DNA from: Camelus dromedarius | Lineage: Eukaryota | DNA length: 64,000 nt | Assembly (NCBI RefSeq): GCF_036321535.1 | Contig: NC_087437.1 | Span: 79,300,001-79,364,000, forward strand | Direction of reading: 5' to 3' | Part shown: positions 51,508 to 64,000 of the stretch, one piece after another | Numbering within the stretch: the stretch's first letter is position 1 | Layout: each line of letters begins with the position of its first letter | Notes under the pieces: generated by a model | Databases searched by the model: none | What the model was told of the DNA's origin: nothing | What the model saw: the letters and a program-made list of their open reading frames with translations, nothing else | Made by a program: the position numbers and the translations under genes

Positions 51508-51998
51508 TTATTGGGGAGCAATTCTCCATGGTGTTTCTACTTGTCCGTCTTGTGACTGTTCTGTCCTAGACTATCTTTTCCAAGGTGTTTGTATAGGAAA
51601 AACTCCAGGATAATGTAAATAGTGTCTTCCTCTAGGGCAGAAGGCAGATTTGTTTCCTGATCAGGAAAATAAAGATAATGTCTCCCTCTGGGCTGATTGG
51701 GCAGGTTTGTTTCCAGCTGCCTTTATAATATTGGGGGTTTTCTAAGCTCAGGTTTCCCTATTGACATAGATCCATTGTGTGTGCTGCACATACCTGAGAC
51801 CCTTGCCTTCATCTTCTTGGGATTTGCTGAGAAAGGGAAACTGTTACAACCATAGCTCATGCTGCCTGTTGTGCTTTGAGTAATATTTTGCCTCTAACCC
51901 AGGAATCTTGTGTCTTCTGTCAGCATATGTGAAATTGTTGTTGGCTACTTTGTTAGCTCACAAGAAGAGTAAACTCTCAGGCCCTTCACTGTTCTTTA
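51508..51998 (+). mobile_element. MER89/MER90-like ERV1 solo LTR
   Basis: ggagcaattctccatgg...gactatcttttccaagg...ataaagataatgtctccctctggg...acccaggaatcttgtgtcttctg. Confidence 0.75.
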
Positions 51999-54900
51999 TC
52001 TTTGTCTCATTTTAAGATACTGTGATTTGGGAGGAGTCATTTGTTACTTAAAGTAACCTAAAGTCTTCTGACTAATACACTAACCATCTCTATTGCCTTT
52101 AGCCTTTATTTCTGTTCATGTTCATAACATTAAATGGGGCTTTGTTAGCAGTATCACAGGCTAAGGACAGATGAGACAGATGATGAGAGAATGTCCCAGG
52201 ATGCATTAGAACTTGGAAATAGGCTACAGTATTGATCAGAGATTGTGAAGTCCAACTTAAGTTTTGTGGTTGAAGGAACTAAGGACATTGGTACCTCCGT
52301 GAGCAATCCAGAGAACTAGAAAATGTTTGAGTTGGATATTAGACATATAATAATATATGTGATAAGGGATATTAGAAATATGGTAACACTTTAAATGTCA
52401 GAAAATGGAAGCTTAAAAATTACATGACTTTTCCAGTTTAATATGATAATTAGTAAATGATTCAGCTCTATTAATTGAGTTTCCCAGCTACTAGTCATAG
52501 TTCACTTCTCACAATATACTAGTGTCTTTATTCCCACACATAGTTCCCTCATTTAACTTTCAGTGAGTATTCTCTTGTTGAGTACCTTCTATGTGCCAGA
52601 CATAGTACCAAAGACACAACTCCATCATTAGGAAATTTCCAGTCACTGGTCTAAAGCTGGAGACATATTCTATCAATGGGGGCCAGAAAACTTTACAATA
52701 ATACCATGTAAAAGATTAGACCAGAAACTAGCTCTTAAGGGAGTATCTAGTTTGTATAATCTTATACTCTTCTATGTAAACTCATGTACCCAAATCAGGA
52801 TATGAGAGTAAAATGTTGTTTAGACTTCCTTTGGTTTCATAGAGAAAGTAATTTATATCATATAATGCTTGATATTAAAAAGTAAAAAAAAAAAATCATA
52901 TGCCCTATATCAGTTTATTTACATAGTCATCATAACACACAGGTAATGTACAACAGAAGAAAGAGGATGAGTATTAACCTCAGAAGATCAGAGAATGAAT
53001 AAAGTACAGATATCTACACTGCAGACTTGAACAGTTATGCAATCTCTTAAAACTTCGCTTTCTTCAGAAGGAAATGGAGACATTGATCAGTTTGTGAAGA
53101 TTAAATGAGATAATACACAATTTTGGCACATTCTGTAACGGAATACATATTATCTTTTTTATGTAGCTGCTTTTGAGTGACAAAAACCAAATGTTCTTTA
53201 TGTAGCCAGCAAGTATTCAGTACTTGTTGGGCTGCCTTGCACATTGTACAGTCAGTTATGGTTCACATCCTCACATGATTTATTTTACTTGATCTTCATA
53301 GCAAAACTTGTGAATCTCAAATAATAAATTAATCATTACAAAAGTCCAAAATACGTATAACAGATTTCCTGTGTGGGATAATACATTTGCTATAGAATAA
53401 CATATATTTAAGCATGACATAAATATGACACATAACAGAAGAGAAATTGTATAAACAAAGAAACCTGGAAGTCCAGAAAAGGGTGATGACATATTGTATT
53501 TGGCCACAGAGATTCTTAAGAGGGGGAGTGGGTAACACTGCCTTTCTCCGTCCCAGGGAGCTGTAGGGACTACATAGGTTTTGTTTGTGTGTTTGTTTAC
53601 AGTCCTAGAAATCATGTATGTCCTGAGTGACTGGGGATTTAGTTAATAATAATACAACTATTTTGTGAGTTAATGTAAACCTCAACTTTTAAACTTCAAC
53701 TCACAGTCTGTTTCACTGCACTAAATAGAACGACGAGTGTTAGCCATGTAGGGCTTTCTGAGGCCAAGCAGGTGTGGGAACCTGGGCTTGAAAGCCTTCC
53801 ATAGGAGAAAATGCATGGCCTATGCTGCCTACAGTGGCAAATAAAAGAGATTCAGTGTCATCCCCTGATACGGTGCTCATCCTGCACACTACAGAAAGGA
53901 AGTTCGTTTTGTGAAATCTATAAACTAATATAAAGCTTAGTTTACAAAATGACATGGAAAATATATGCATATGTATTTGTAGTGTGTAGATATTAGGAAC
54001 AGGTAAATGAGTGCATCTTAGTTCTTAGCTCTTTATAAACATGATGTTGAAACATGACTGAGTATCCTGGCCTCACCTGCACTCTTGGAATTAATTTGAG
54101 AAGACTGCCTAAAAGATCTGAAGTGTGGACACAGGTATTTAAATTATCTTCAGAAACTCCAGTACGAATTTGGCTAGTTTGACTGATTTCTTTAAAACGT
54201 CCTTGCCAGTTTCAAGCTCGTTGGGGAGACCGTGCTGTGCGTGTGAGTACCATCCCTGCATTTCCTACAGGAGCAGGAAAAAGACAAGGGAGAACGTTTG
54301 GGTATTGAAGTTCAGATTAGGAAATTAGGATGAAAGTCAATATTCCTTGAAATAAAAAAGTAAAATAATTGATGAGAAAGGGCAAACCTGTGAATCTACC
54401 CAGCTGTAGAATCCTTCAGGGATGAAAGACCAAAAGAATAAATGTGGTTCTGATAATGAATTTACCACTAATGGGAATGCTAATCTCTTTATCCCTGGAG
54501 ACTACTTCTATTGCAGGTATTATCATTGAAAAAGGACTTTAATTCAGACATGTCTAATTACACTATAGGTTAATTCTATTAACTAGAAAATCTCCGGAGG
54601 ACTTTAACATTTCTGACTATTAAATAAGTTTAAGTCATCTAACCAAATTGCTAATGATTGCCTTTCATTGCAAAGCAGAAACTATTTGATAAATCTGCTC
54701 TTCTTTCTGGAACAAGGGGACAAAGACTTGATTTTGAAGGCAATAACAATTTATTGCAATTACCCTTAATGCATGGTAAAGATCATAGTATTATGTATAG
54801 TCTGTACTTTTCCCAGTGATTGCTTCCTTTGCTGTTGTCATCCTTCTGTGTAGGCGCAAAGAGCCTGTTATTAGTAATAAAACAAATAATGATAAAATGA

Positions 54901-55627
54901 ATGGGCTTCCTTATTCATAAATGTAAGAAAGGCTCATTTGCAGTATTGATGGAGTCAGAAAGTTTTTTCATTTAGGCCATCTTATTGTAAGAGACAAACA
55001 CTAGCTTTTCTATACATAGTGTATCTGAATATGATTATTTTTCTTTTTTAACGTGTCGCCACTGGTCTAGAGACATTAAAACAATTAGAACAGTTAAGAT
55101 TCACTATAGTTTTTTGTCCTCGCTCTACCTGAGCACTTAATAAACCTTTACTTGCATATAGAAGAATGTTATAGCCCATTTCTATTCCTCCTCTCACACC
55201 ACTGGAAGTTTCCCAGTCATTGTTTAATTCAGTGTTTTTCACTCAGCGTTTAATAAGTGTTCAGCATAGTGCAAACCATGGAAGAGAAAAATATCAATAC
55301 AACATAGTGCCTAATCGCAAGGTACTTTTTGAATGAGATGGACTTGAATACAGATAATTGCAATATGAAAGCCTAGAGGATATGCCACTGTCTATACTGA
55401 GGTTGCCCTGCAATTGGAACCTAAGTATGTATGACTAGTTCCAGGAAAAACAAATCAGTTCAAAATAAGGAAGAATTAGAAACACTCATTGTATAGAGTT
55501 ACATGACCATGCTATCTGAGATGCAGATTGGGCAAGAAAATGAAAGATTTAATTTAAAGTCATGACCTCCACCAGTATGTACAAGGGAGATCTGTAGAGA
55601 TAAAAATCAGTTGCAAGTAGGAGACAC

Positions 55628-55691
55628 AAAAGTATAAATTTATACAATTTATACTTTTATACAATTTATACTTTTATAACAATTTATGCTT
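55628..55691. repeat. 13-bp inverted repeat plus a 17-bp tandem repeat (about 3 copies)
   Basis: aaaagtataaatt-tatac-aatttatactttt; unit atacaatttatactttt at 55642 and 55659, with a degenerate copy at 55676. Confidence 0.9.
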
Positions 55692-57524
55692 CCTCCTTTA
55701 CCTTATCCCCTATGCAAGAATAAGAGTCACAACAGTTGTCATTTACGTAAGAGGATATTTATCACATTCAACACAAAGCTTCTTGTTCCAAAGAAACGTT
55801 TACCTCAAACAAAGCAAGTTTTTAAATTTTAGTAGTCGCTGTAGATTGCCAGTGTCTCTAAAATGATTCACCCTTAATTACAACCTTTCTGTAATCATTG
55901 AGAATCCAGTATCATCTCTCTGATAGGCAGTCAGGAAAAAGCACTAGCAGGCTTATATTCCCGATTCCAGTTTTTCAGTTCTGGAGAGATCAAAGGCTAA
56001 CACTCAAAATGGCCCCAACCGTTGCTAACCGACCAGCAAAAATATATGCTGTCATTGCTCATCTAACTTTCGCTAAGCACTCAGACTTTGTTGGTGAAGC
56101 CAGTTTTCAGCTCAGCCACAAGCAACCAGCAAAAGAATGTTTAAGGTTGGCTGGTACTACTGCAAGTTTAGTTGACATCATACAAAAGGATACAGGACAA
56201 AAATGGGGAATTAAGATCGTAACTGTCATGCAAAAAATAAGTGAGATATAGGAAATCTTTTTTATCCCTTGAGTTAAAACATCTTAACCTTAAAAAACTC
56301 ATTTCCCTACCAAAAGCAACTTATTAAAATTACAGGTAATGCTAACAGTCATCACAATGGCACAATGGCTTTCACAATGGCAAATGGTAAGCTTTCATGC
56401 TGTGGGTAAGTGTGTACAGGGAGGTGTGTGAATAAATACTGCCTTTGTGGTTCCTTTGTTTTCCTTTGTCCCCACCCATCTTTCATTATTAACACATTTT
56501 TCTCTAGATCTGTAGCTATTTACCGTCACAGCCTCCAAAACTTTCCTTCCCTGTTCTTTTCATGCAGGCTATTTAGTTTCAAATGGAATAACAGGTGATT
56601 GAATTGTCAGAAATCTATTCTCTATATATCTAATTTCTAAACTTCTACCGTGAATCTTTTCTTTGCATCTAGGTCATCCAAGATTAAAAGTATATAGGAG
56701 AGAGAGTATATTATGGGGAATAGTTTTATTTTCGAATTTCTATTGTCATGAACATTTGTTACAGGAAAATAAACCCTCAAAGGAATTTGTATTACACTAG
56801 CAACAGGAGGATAGAACAGTGGAATTTTGATAGGCAGGAAAATGGAAGGAAAAACTGTTCTGAAACATAAACTAATAGAAGCATAACTGGGAAGAGTTAA
56901 GCCAAACCCTGAACAAATGTCCCATATCCAGAGTATAAACGGAATCCAGAGGATTCACAAACGGCATGTCTTCATGAACCCCAAACAAGTAATTTCTGAT
57001 TTGTGGAAACTCCCATTCCTGAGTCGCAGCTCTTGGCTCTGGAGTTCAGTTTTGTCAGTCTCTGTCCCACTATGTGAACCCCACCAGTCCTTACCTTTTG
57101 TGAGTCCCCAGTCTGTTCAACTTGCTCATGCCCCCGCGGTTTCAAGAGCTACCTGCAGTGGCTCATAACCAAAGAGCTGATAACCATTTGTCCGATGGCT
57201 GGCTAGGGAAGGAGAAAGGAGGCAGCTCTATTCCCAGTGACCGTCTCCCAACTCCAAGCCATCGCGCTTCTCCTGGGAGCCACTTCCCGTGGCCGCTAGA
57301 ATCTACAGAAACACAGTGATCACTGACCTAGGTGTCTGCTCAACGGATTCAGAAGGATTTTGTAAAGATACCATATTTTGAGTTTTAATTAAAAGTCTCA
57401 TTTTTTTCTGTGTTAGGCTTTCTAGCATAGACTGTCATCCATGTCTGTGGCTTCAGTTTGTTTTTTTCTTTTTTCTTCAGTAAGCTCATATTTTTCTTTC
57501 TTAGTATTTACTCAAAAGTTACCA

Positions 57525-57755
57525 GTTCTTTTTTTATTGAATTGAATTTTTTATTGATTTACAATGTTGTGTTAAATTTCTGATATGTAGCACAGTGATT
57601 CAATTTTATATATATATATACACACACACATACATACACACATATATTCTTTTCAAATTCTTTTTCATTCTAGGCCATTACAAGATAATGAATATAGTTC
57701 CCTGTGCTATACAGTAGGACCTTGTTTACCTATTTTATATAGAGTAATTAGTGCC
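57525..57755 (-). mobile_element. Short 5'-truncated L1 3' end
   Basis: ttttattgatttacaatgttgtgtt...gaatatagttccctgtgctatacagtaggacc. Confidence 0.85.
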
Positions 57756-57795
57756 TTCTTCAGTTTTTATTTGTATCCCAGTGACCACTGTCTTA

Positions 57796-57822
57796 CCACC
57801 ACCACCACCACCACCACCACCA
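57796..57822. repeat. (ACC)9 microsatellite
   Basis: accaccaccaccaccaccaccaccacc. Confidence 0.9.
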
Positions 57823-57829
57823 CAATTTT

Positions 57830-58060
57830 GTCTAAGTTTAGGCCACTTGTCTAAGCTCCCAACCTGTATATCCAGGTTCTTACTCACTATTGCACTTGGG
57901 TGTCTCAAAGGGAAGTAGATTCAGCACCTAGATAAGCAAACTCATTAATTTCTCCTCAAACCTGGAGTCTTCCAGTGTTCCCTGATTCGGTGAATCGATA
58001 CAAATCGCTATACAAGATTGGAACCTAGACACCCTTCAAACCTCGTGTAATTGCCCGTAT
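57830..58060 (+). mobile_element. L2 fragment
   Basis: aagctcccaacctgtatatccagg...cacttgggtgtctcaaa. Confidence 0.55.
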
Positions 58061-58109
58061 CGTGTAGGTTAATGCTATTTGATGTTTTACAAGCTAACAC
58101 ATGGTACTT

Positions 58110-58510
58110 AACAAACACCAGTTACTTTTAAAAGTGAATTACGTATATTAACGTATTTAATCCTTAACAACAATAAAAAAAAAAAAAAGCAAGTACTATT
58201 ACTCCTTTTTACAGCGTAGGAAGATTTTAATAACTTTCCCAAGATCACATGGCTAGGAAGCATTAGAGGGGCTCAAGCCTGTGCCGTCTGGCCCTGGGCT
58301 CCACATCCTTATTCAGGACACTCTAGTGGCTTTCCTGCAAATAGTAGTGACTCACGTTTGTCAACTGTTTGCTCTGTACCAGGCATTGAACTAAGTGCCC
58401 ATAAGATACTATTTCTTTAAAACTTAACATCACCCTAATAGAGAGTATTCTGTTATTCTTCTTCTACCAATGAGGACATCGAGGTACACAGTGGTGAGGT
58501 CATTTTCACC
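58110..58510 (-). mobile_element. Two MIR fragments
   Basis: tatttaatccttaacaac...taactttcccaagatcacatggctagga; ctgtaccaggcattgaactaagtgc. Confidence 0.6.
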
Positions 58511-58586
58511 ACTGTCCTTAACTACTCAGTTGTGGCTCCACAATTCTTTCTTTATCTGCCATTCTCATGTCAGATCCCACATTCCT

Positions 58587-58726
58587 TTTTTTTTTTTTTT
58601 TTCACTGTTCAAGGTTTATTTGCTGTTTTAGTTGGTATGACACTTGAGTTGGCAGCATTATTTATATAGATTTTTCATTTTACGTTACATGGCAATGTAC
58701 ACTATTCTGAACATTTAGTACATACA
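58587..58726 (-). pseudogene. LDHA: 5'-truncated processed retrocopy of the LDHA mRNA 3'UTR end
   Basis: The minus strand reads ...tagtgtacattgccatgtaacgtaaaa...caagtgtcataccaactaaaacagcAATAAAccttgaacagtg then poly(A) (T17 at 58586-58602). This matches the recalled mammalian LDHA 3' terminus. 15-bp TSD, 13/15 identical (58572-58586, 58727-58741). Confidence 0.8.
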
Positions 58727-60622
58727 AGATCCCACACTCTTAACAGCCAAGATTCTTGGCACTTTGCAACTCTTGTTAACAACAACAAAAAACAGCCTAA
58801 TTTTTAGTCAGAGAAAAATAACTTGAAGAATAGAAAAGCACTTTTATTCATAAGTAAAAATTCTCTCTCTTTTTAAGTACACTATTAAATATGGCAAACA
58901 TTTAAATTAAACCTTAAGTTCTACCCTGAGCCCCTTCTTTAAACTCACCTAATGCCCAAGTGTTTTTAGCCATGTTCATGCACAACTTTATCCCAAAGAA
59001 ATTGGGGTTTCTGTTGGTGGACCTTAATTAAATAATAAATTAAACGATTTTGGCAATATCTCTTTAAATTTTCAGCATTATTTTATTTCCAAACAACAAC
59101 TTTGATCTCTGAGAAACTTGGCTATTGTGGAATTAAATATTTTTCTACATTTTGGAACATAAACTGAGGCTTTTAGGTTTTTCCTCTAATTTTATTTTAT
59201 TTTTTAGTAAAATAGAATGCTGAAGTCCCCTCCCCACTGCAAACTTTGAAAAGTAGATTACAGTGCTTGTGTCACTGGGGAGCATATTTTATTTGAGTAA
59301 TAATCATTCCAATTTGACAACATGTGCCATCCTATTAAAAAAAGACAATTTCTAACAGCTCATAAAAAGTTTCCAAATATGTAATAGACATCATCAAAGA
59401 TTTTTCCATCCCTGTTTTATTTTTATGACTAGAGTTCAAAAAATATGCATATTTAAATTTTCTTTATGAGTGCTTTAACAATGAGAACTGGACTTGGTTA
59501 CTTCAAAATATATAAGTTTTACATGGGGGATTATAAATCAAAAATGATTTTTCAAATTTGTTACTCTTCAGTTAAGATTTTTCTAATGGAAATGATAGTA
59601 ATTTTTAAAAAAATATTCTATATGATTCTCCTGAAGTAGAGTTAAAACACAAGTGTTAACTTTTAAAACACAAGTATTAAATTTACTTTTAGAATCACAG
59701 TGACATCTTGAGTCTACTAAGATAGCTTCTCTGGATTTTGATCATGTTGAAAATCACCTCGTGAACCTAATATGAATCTGCTCACTGCATAGTGTAACAG
59801 AGTAGCTGGAATTCTATGTTATAGTAATGATCAGGGGTTTATTTTGTTTTGTTTTTATTCTATTCTATTTTATTTTATTGAAAGGATGCCTAAAAGGAAA
59901 AGCAGTCCAGGTGACAATGTTCAAACTCCTAATTAACTCATGTACTATTTAATTAGCTGTCTCAGCTACAAAGGCTGTCACTGTAAGACCACATCAAAGG
60001 GAATTATCCTTCCTCTGCCTCACATAGTCTCTTTTTTCTGCTCCAGCAGTCCTAGCCGAGAGAAAGGCTCCCCTAGGTCTTACCTGGGAAGGGGAAAAGA
60101 GTGTTAAGAAGTGCCCTCCCCTCTCTATTATTTATCTTCTTTACTCTTTACACATAGTCTTTTCTCCTTTCAAAGAGATTCCCTTGTAACTAGTAAACTA
60201 CAAAGAAAGGGGAAGTTGGTTCTTAAACTCTCAGCAAGCTCAGGTGCCAGAACACGAAAGGGTCAGTTTGTACTGACCTGGAAAACTTGTAGAAGGCGAT
60301 TTCCCCAGTCCTCATCTAGGAAGATGGCCAGTTGGTGAGCTGCTCTCAGCTCTGAGAGAATTGAGTCTATTAAAATTTCAAGCATTTATATAATTCCTTT
60401 CATCCTAAAAGTACTTTGCCAACATTAAACCAATTAATTAAGTGAAAGCAATTTGTGAATGAAGGCAAACTTACAACTGCCTGTCATTGGCAAGAAATAC
60501 TTGTCCTTGTTTATTACTTTATTATTAGGCTTAGGTGGATTTCTTATTTAATAGCTTTATCCATGATGCTAAGGCCATTGGAATGGAAATGCCGTGGTAA
60601 AATCACCCACTGGCTACGCTAT

Positions 60623-61169
60623 TGTCAACTAAAAAAGCAAAAACAAAGCAAACAAACATAAAAGCCCCACAACCTAAAAATTAAGAGCTATATTTTATTT
60701 GGTGGATTTTCTCAAGATTTTAAGCCTGGAAGACAGCCTCTCAGATCTCTCAAAGGGACTGCTCCCAAGAGGTAAGGGAGGAGGCAGGATGTATAGGAGT
60801 TTTTGCAACAAAGGTCAGGTAGTTGGAACATCAAAAGATTACCATTAATTAAAGAAAATCAGTTATCTCAAGTAAAGAAATTCAGCACTTTTCTATATTT
60901 GGGCAGATACAAGAGCCTGGGCTCATTGAAATCATTCCTTTGATAAGCACCTTGGCCACCTAGGGCCAGAATCCTGTGCTTTCCCATCCTGAGTCTCCTC
61001 AAGGTGCAGCACTGGGGGTGGCTGCACTGGCTGAGGGCTTGACGCCTGGGCACCCTGTTTGCATCCTGAGTTCCTTCAGGGCTCACCATTGAAGGGACTG
61101 CAGTGTGATGGCTTGAGGGCTGCAACATCCTTTGTTTACTGATACAGCAGGTGGTATTTTTCATTCATA
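60623..61169 (-). mobile_element. MER41-like (laurasiatherian) ERV1 solo LTR
   Basis: tgtcaact...gggctcattgaaatcattcctttgat...ttcattcata; internal ~78-bp tandem (catcctgagt... x2); 4-bp TSD ctat/ctgt. Confidence 0.75.
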
Positions 61170-62379
61170 CTGTAAAAATCTACCCCAACACCTCCTCTAC
61201 TCCCAACCTAATTCATTTGCTAAAAACAATTGGAAGACGTTTAGCTTTAGAAACTAGAAAGTCCGTAAAAAAAATAAAAATCCCCTTAACTTTATCCCTT
61301 TGTATTCTTAGTATCTTATTTAAAAAGCACAATAAACTTGGTTTCTACAGGCAATGTATTATATTAACATACGTAGAAAAATCTAAAACCTCAAGCCTCT
61401 CTTTATAGAATGTGAAGTAGGTTAATAGGAAAAGTAGGTTAATAGGAATTGATAAGAAAATTTCACATGTATATACAATACTTTTCAAGAGCTTAAATGT
61501 CTTCTTGAAAAATTAAAAGATGTCAGCTCCAAACGTTATTCCTAATTTATCAAGTTTCCAAGTTTAGTATGTGTATACCATTGCTCAACCAGAAAAGATG
61601 GTGGGGGAAAAGGCTGAGATTAAATAGGTATGTCTTTAAGTTACTTTCTCTCTTAGCGGGCTTTTTCAGAGAGTATCTTATTAATAAATTCAGAAAGATT
61701 TGGAAACATGCCTTTTTTTTTTCTCCCAAGCAGCATGTGAAATTTTTAAGTAATCAAAGTAACTGCCCTGCCAATTTGTACTGGATAAGAGACTAAAATT
61801 CTTCAGGGATAATCCTTGTGCTGAGTCTGGGGAGAAATCTTTATGAGCAGCTAATGAAGAGCTGGAATATCTTAAGACATACCTACCCAGTTTTTAAACA
61901 CATGACCATGGCTTATATCTCATTAATGCTTACTAACTGTGAAAAGATGGGTAGTCTTAACATTTTGAATTGTAGAAGAATCAATAACAAGAAAATCTCC
62001 CTTCTTTTAGTGGGAGTCAAAAAATTTATTTTAACCAAGAGAGGATTGATGTTTGGAGTAGAATTTCAGATCTGAAAGAGCTGAAGTATCCAATTACCTC
62101 AGTACATAACTAAAGAAAGAAGTTCTGAAAGTTTAGATACTCACATAGTCAAATAGCAACTTTGTGATAAAAGTTAGACTACAACTGTGGTAGGTGATCT
62201 TTCTACCCCACCAGGCTGCTTTGTATCTAATTTGAGAAGGTTGCAACACAGGCACCGTTCCAGCATATTTTACTATGTTGATACAGAAGTGTGAAGTGTT
62301 GCTATTATTAATACTGAAGTTTTGTTTGGCCATGAGTTTCTTAGCCTCTGAAGAATACATTTCTGTTACCAATGAATAA

Positions 62380-62860
62380 GGAACTCTTAATCTATTTTGA
62401 GCCATTGACTTTTTTGGCAGTTCATTGATGAAAGCTTTGGACCTTTCTCAAAATATCTTTAAATGCCTAACATCAATTACATATGATTACAAAGGAAAAC
62501 ATGTTGAAATACAATTATCAATATATTATAAACTGAAAAGTGGGCTCTAGTAGTATACGTATTTATTAATGCATTACAGTGCAGGTATCATTACCAGAAT
62601 TTTCTAAGTAGTAATGAGTGAAATCAATTTAGGTATGTGCAACAAATTGTAGTGCAATATGAAAATATCTATGGTTTCTATTGGTAACAGTCACAGCACT
62701 GTTAACCATTATAATTTGTTGCTTACACTAATAGTCAAGAGAAATGATAAATTGTACTTATACTTAGAGATTGCTAAAAAGAAAGATATTTATTTTTCCC
62801 ACCAAAATCATCTACCCTCTAAATTCTGACCTCACAGCTCTCAAAGATTCTCACAGATTC
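62380..62860. mobile_element. Charlie4a-like hAT DNA transposon relic
   Basis: gccattgac...ttggcagt...ggacctttctcaaaat...atgattacaaaggaaaac...gaaatacaattatcaa. Confidence 0.6.
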
Positions 62861-64000
62861 AAAACTTTTACTTCTGTTGGCTTACATTTTAGAGAGCCTC
62901 ATTTGTTCCATTTTAGTCCCTTTGCTTCAGAGTCTAATCCCTTTCCTCGTGACTCAAGATATTTCTGACAATTTCATACCTGAACATGTTCATTTCTAGT
63001 TCAGTTCCTGGGCAATCACTGAAGGTAACATCTTCAAGCAATTGATCTTGCTTAACAACAATGCAGCAATTTGCTTCCAGCCTTGTTAATATCTCCAGTT
63101 GCTAGAGACACGGTTTTGCCTTTATAGGAATAGCAGCATGGTTAACTAAAGCTCTTTTGAAATACAGCAGCATGATAATGACAGCAGCCAATAGCACTAC
63201 TAAACTATAACAAGTTACAATGATAAACCAGAGCTGTCTGAATATTTTAAGCTCAGTATGACTCTTCATGTGAGTGCTTATTAGAATCTATGTTTCCTAA
63301 TCCTAACAGAGAGGATTAAGACAACTACATTTCCAAGCTGTACTCAAGGCAAATGGATCTCACATCATCAGACACTCATGCCAGGAAATAGATTGGTAGA
63401 TTATTAGATCTGAATTAAAAGGATGCTTTCTTTCCCCCAGGCTTCCTTGTTCCTGTGTTTATTATCTCCAATATGCATTTTTTATGATGTTTTAACTATT
63501 GTTTGTTATTATTATCTCATTTTAATTGTGTATTTCATGCCCCGAGCACCTTGATCAGGGGAATGTAATGTAAATAAAATTATCTTGACACACAAAGGCT
63601 GCAGGTGGTGTTTAGATTTGTTTTTCTTGTCTCTCCAGGAAATCATAGACGTATTTTAATTTTTTCTTCTCTTTTGCTCACTTTCTTTGTCCCATATGAC
63701 ACTCAATCCAGAGAACACCTGCAATTAACATATTTTTCAAGAAACTTGTGCCTCTCTACCTCAAATATATCTTTTTAAGGTAACAGAATTTGCAGTGATC
63801 TCAAATATGCAGGAAAAATTTGGGGCAGATTTATTTCTCAACAATTTTCTGTCTTCTCCAGAGACAAAAATCACTTTCACAAAGTATACATCATACAATT
63901 ATATTAACAATGTCAACAATGTCAATTTAAAATACCTTTCAAATAAGAACTCCTGTGTATATACAGCAGGTAGTCTCAACAGTAACCATGGAAACAACCA

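Noticed and set aside
55898..56251. 117-aa ORF
   Set aside because: TTG start and no recognisable homology; compatible with chance.
57165..57175. ATAACCAAAGA, an 11-nt complement to the miR-9 5' end
   Set aside because: There is no pre-miRNA hairpin and no evidence that this is a 3'UTR. Such a match is expected by chance across all miRNAs.
1..64000. CRISPR arrays, prokaryotic operons, tRNA or rRNA genes
   Set aside because: The sequence is mammalian. No repeat-spacer array or structured RNA gene was recognised.

Overview
AT-rich, repeat-dense eutherian genomic DNA with no recognisable protein-coding exon, so it is intergenic or deep intronic. The young L1 3' ends and the absence of Alu, Bov-A/BovB, PRE-1 and Can-SINE suggest a cetartiodactyl, most likely a camelid; this is inference from recalled repeat sequences. 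The dominant feature is a full-length ~6.85 kb LINE-1 on the minus strand (19463-26316). It has a CpG-rich 5'UTR with a YY1 site, ORF1, a 262-nt inter-ORF spacer, a disrupted ORF2 (EN/RT/CCHC) and an 8-bp TSD, and it is inserted into the RT region of an ancient L2. Other content: several 5'-truncated lineage L1s, two old internally deleted L1s, solo LTRs (MLT1, LTR16/LTR33-like, MER21-, MER89/90- and MER41-like, ERV1), an ERVL pol fossil, CR1/L3, MIR, hAT and Tigger elements, and microsatellites. There is also a ~140-bp L1-mobilised retrocopy that matches the 3' end of LDHA mRNA. The most notable candidates for follow-up are a chain of overlapping mini-ORFs across the L1 inter-ORF spacer, the LDHA 3'UTR retrocopy, and a six-site SOX/HMG motif cluster. 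Repeat family names come from pattern recall, not from a database search.
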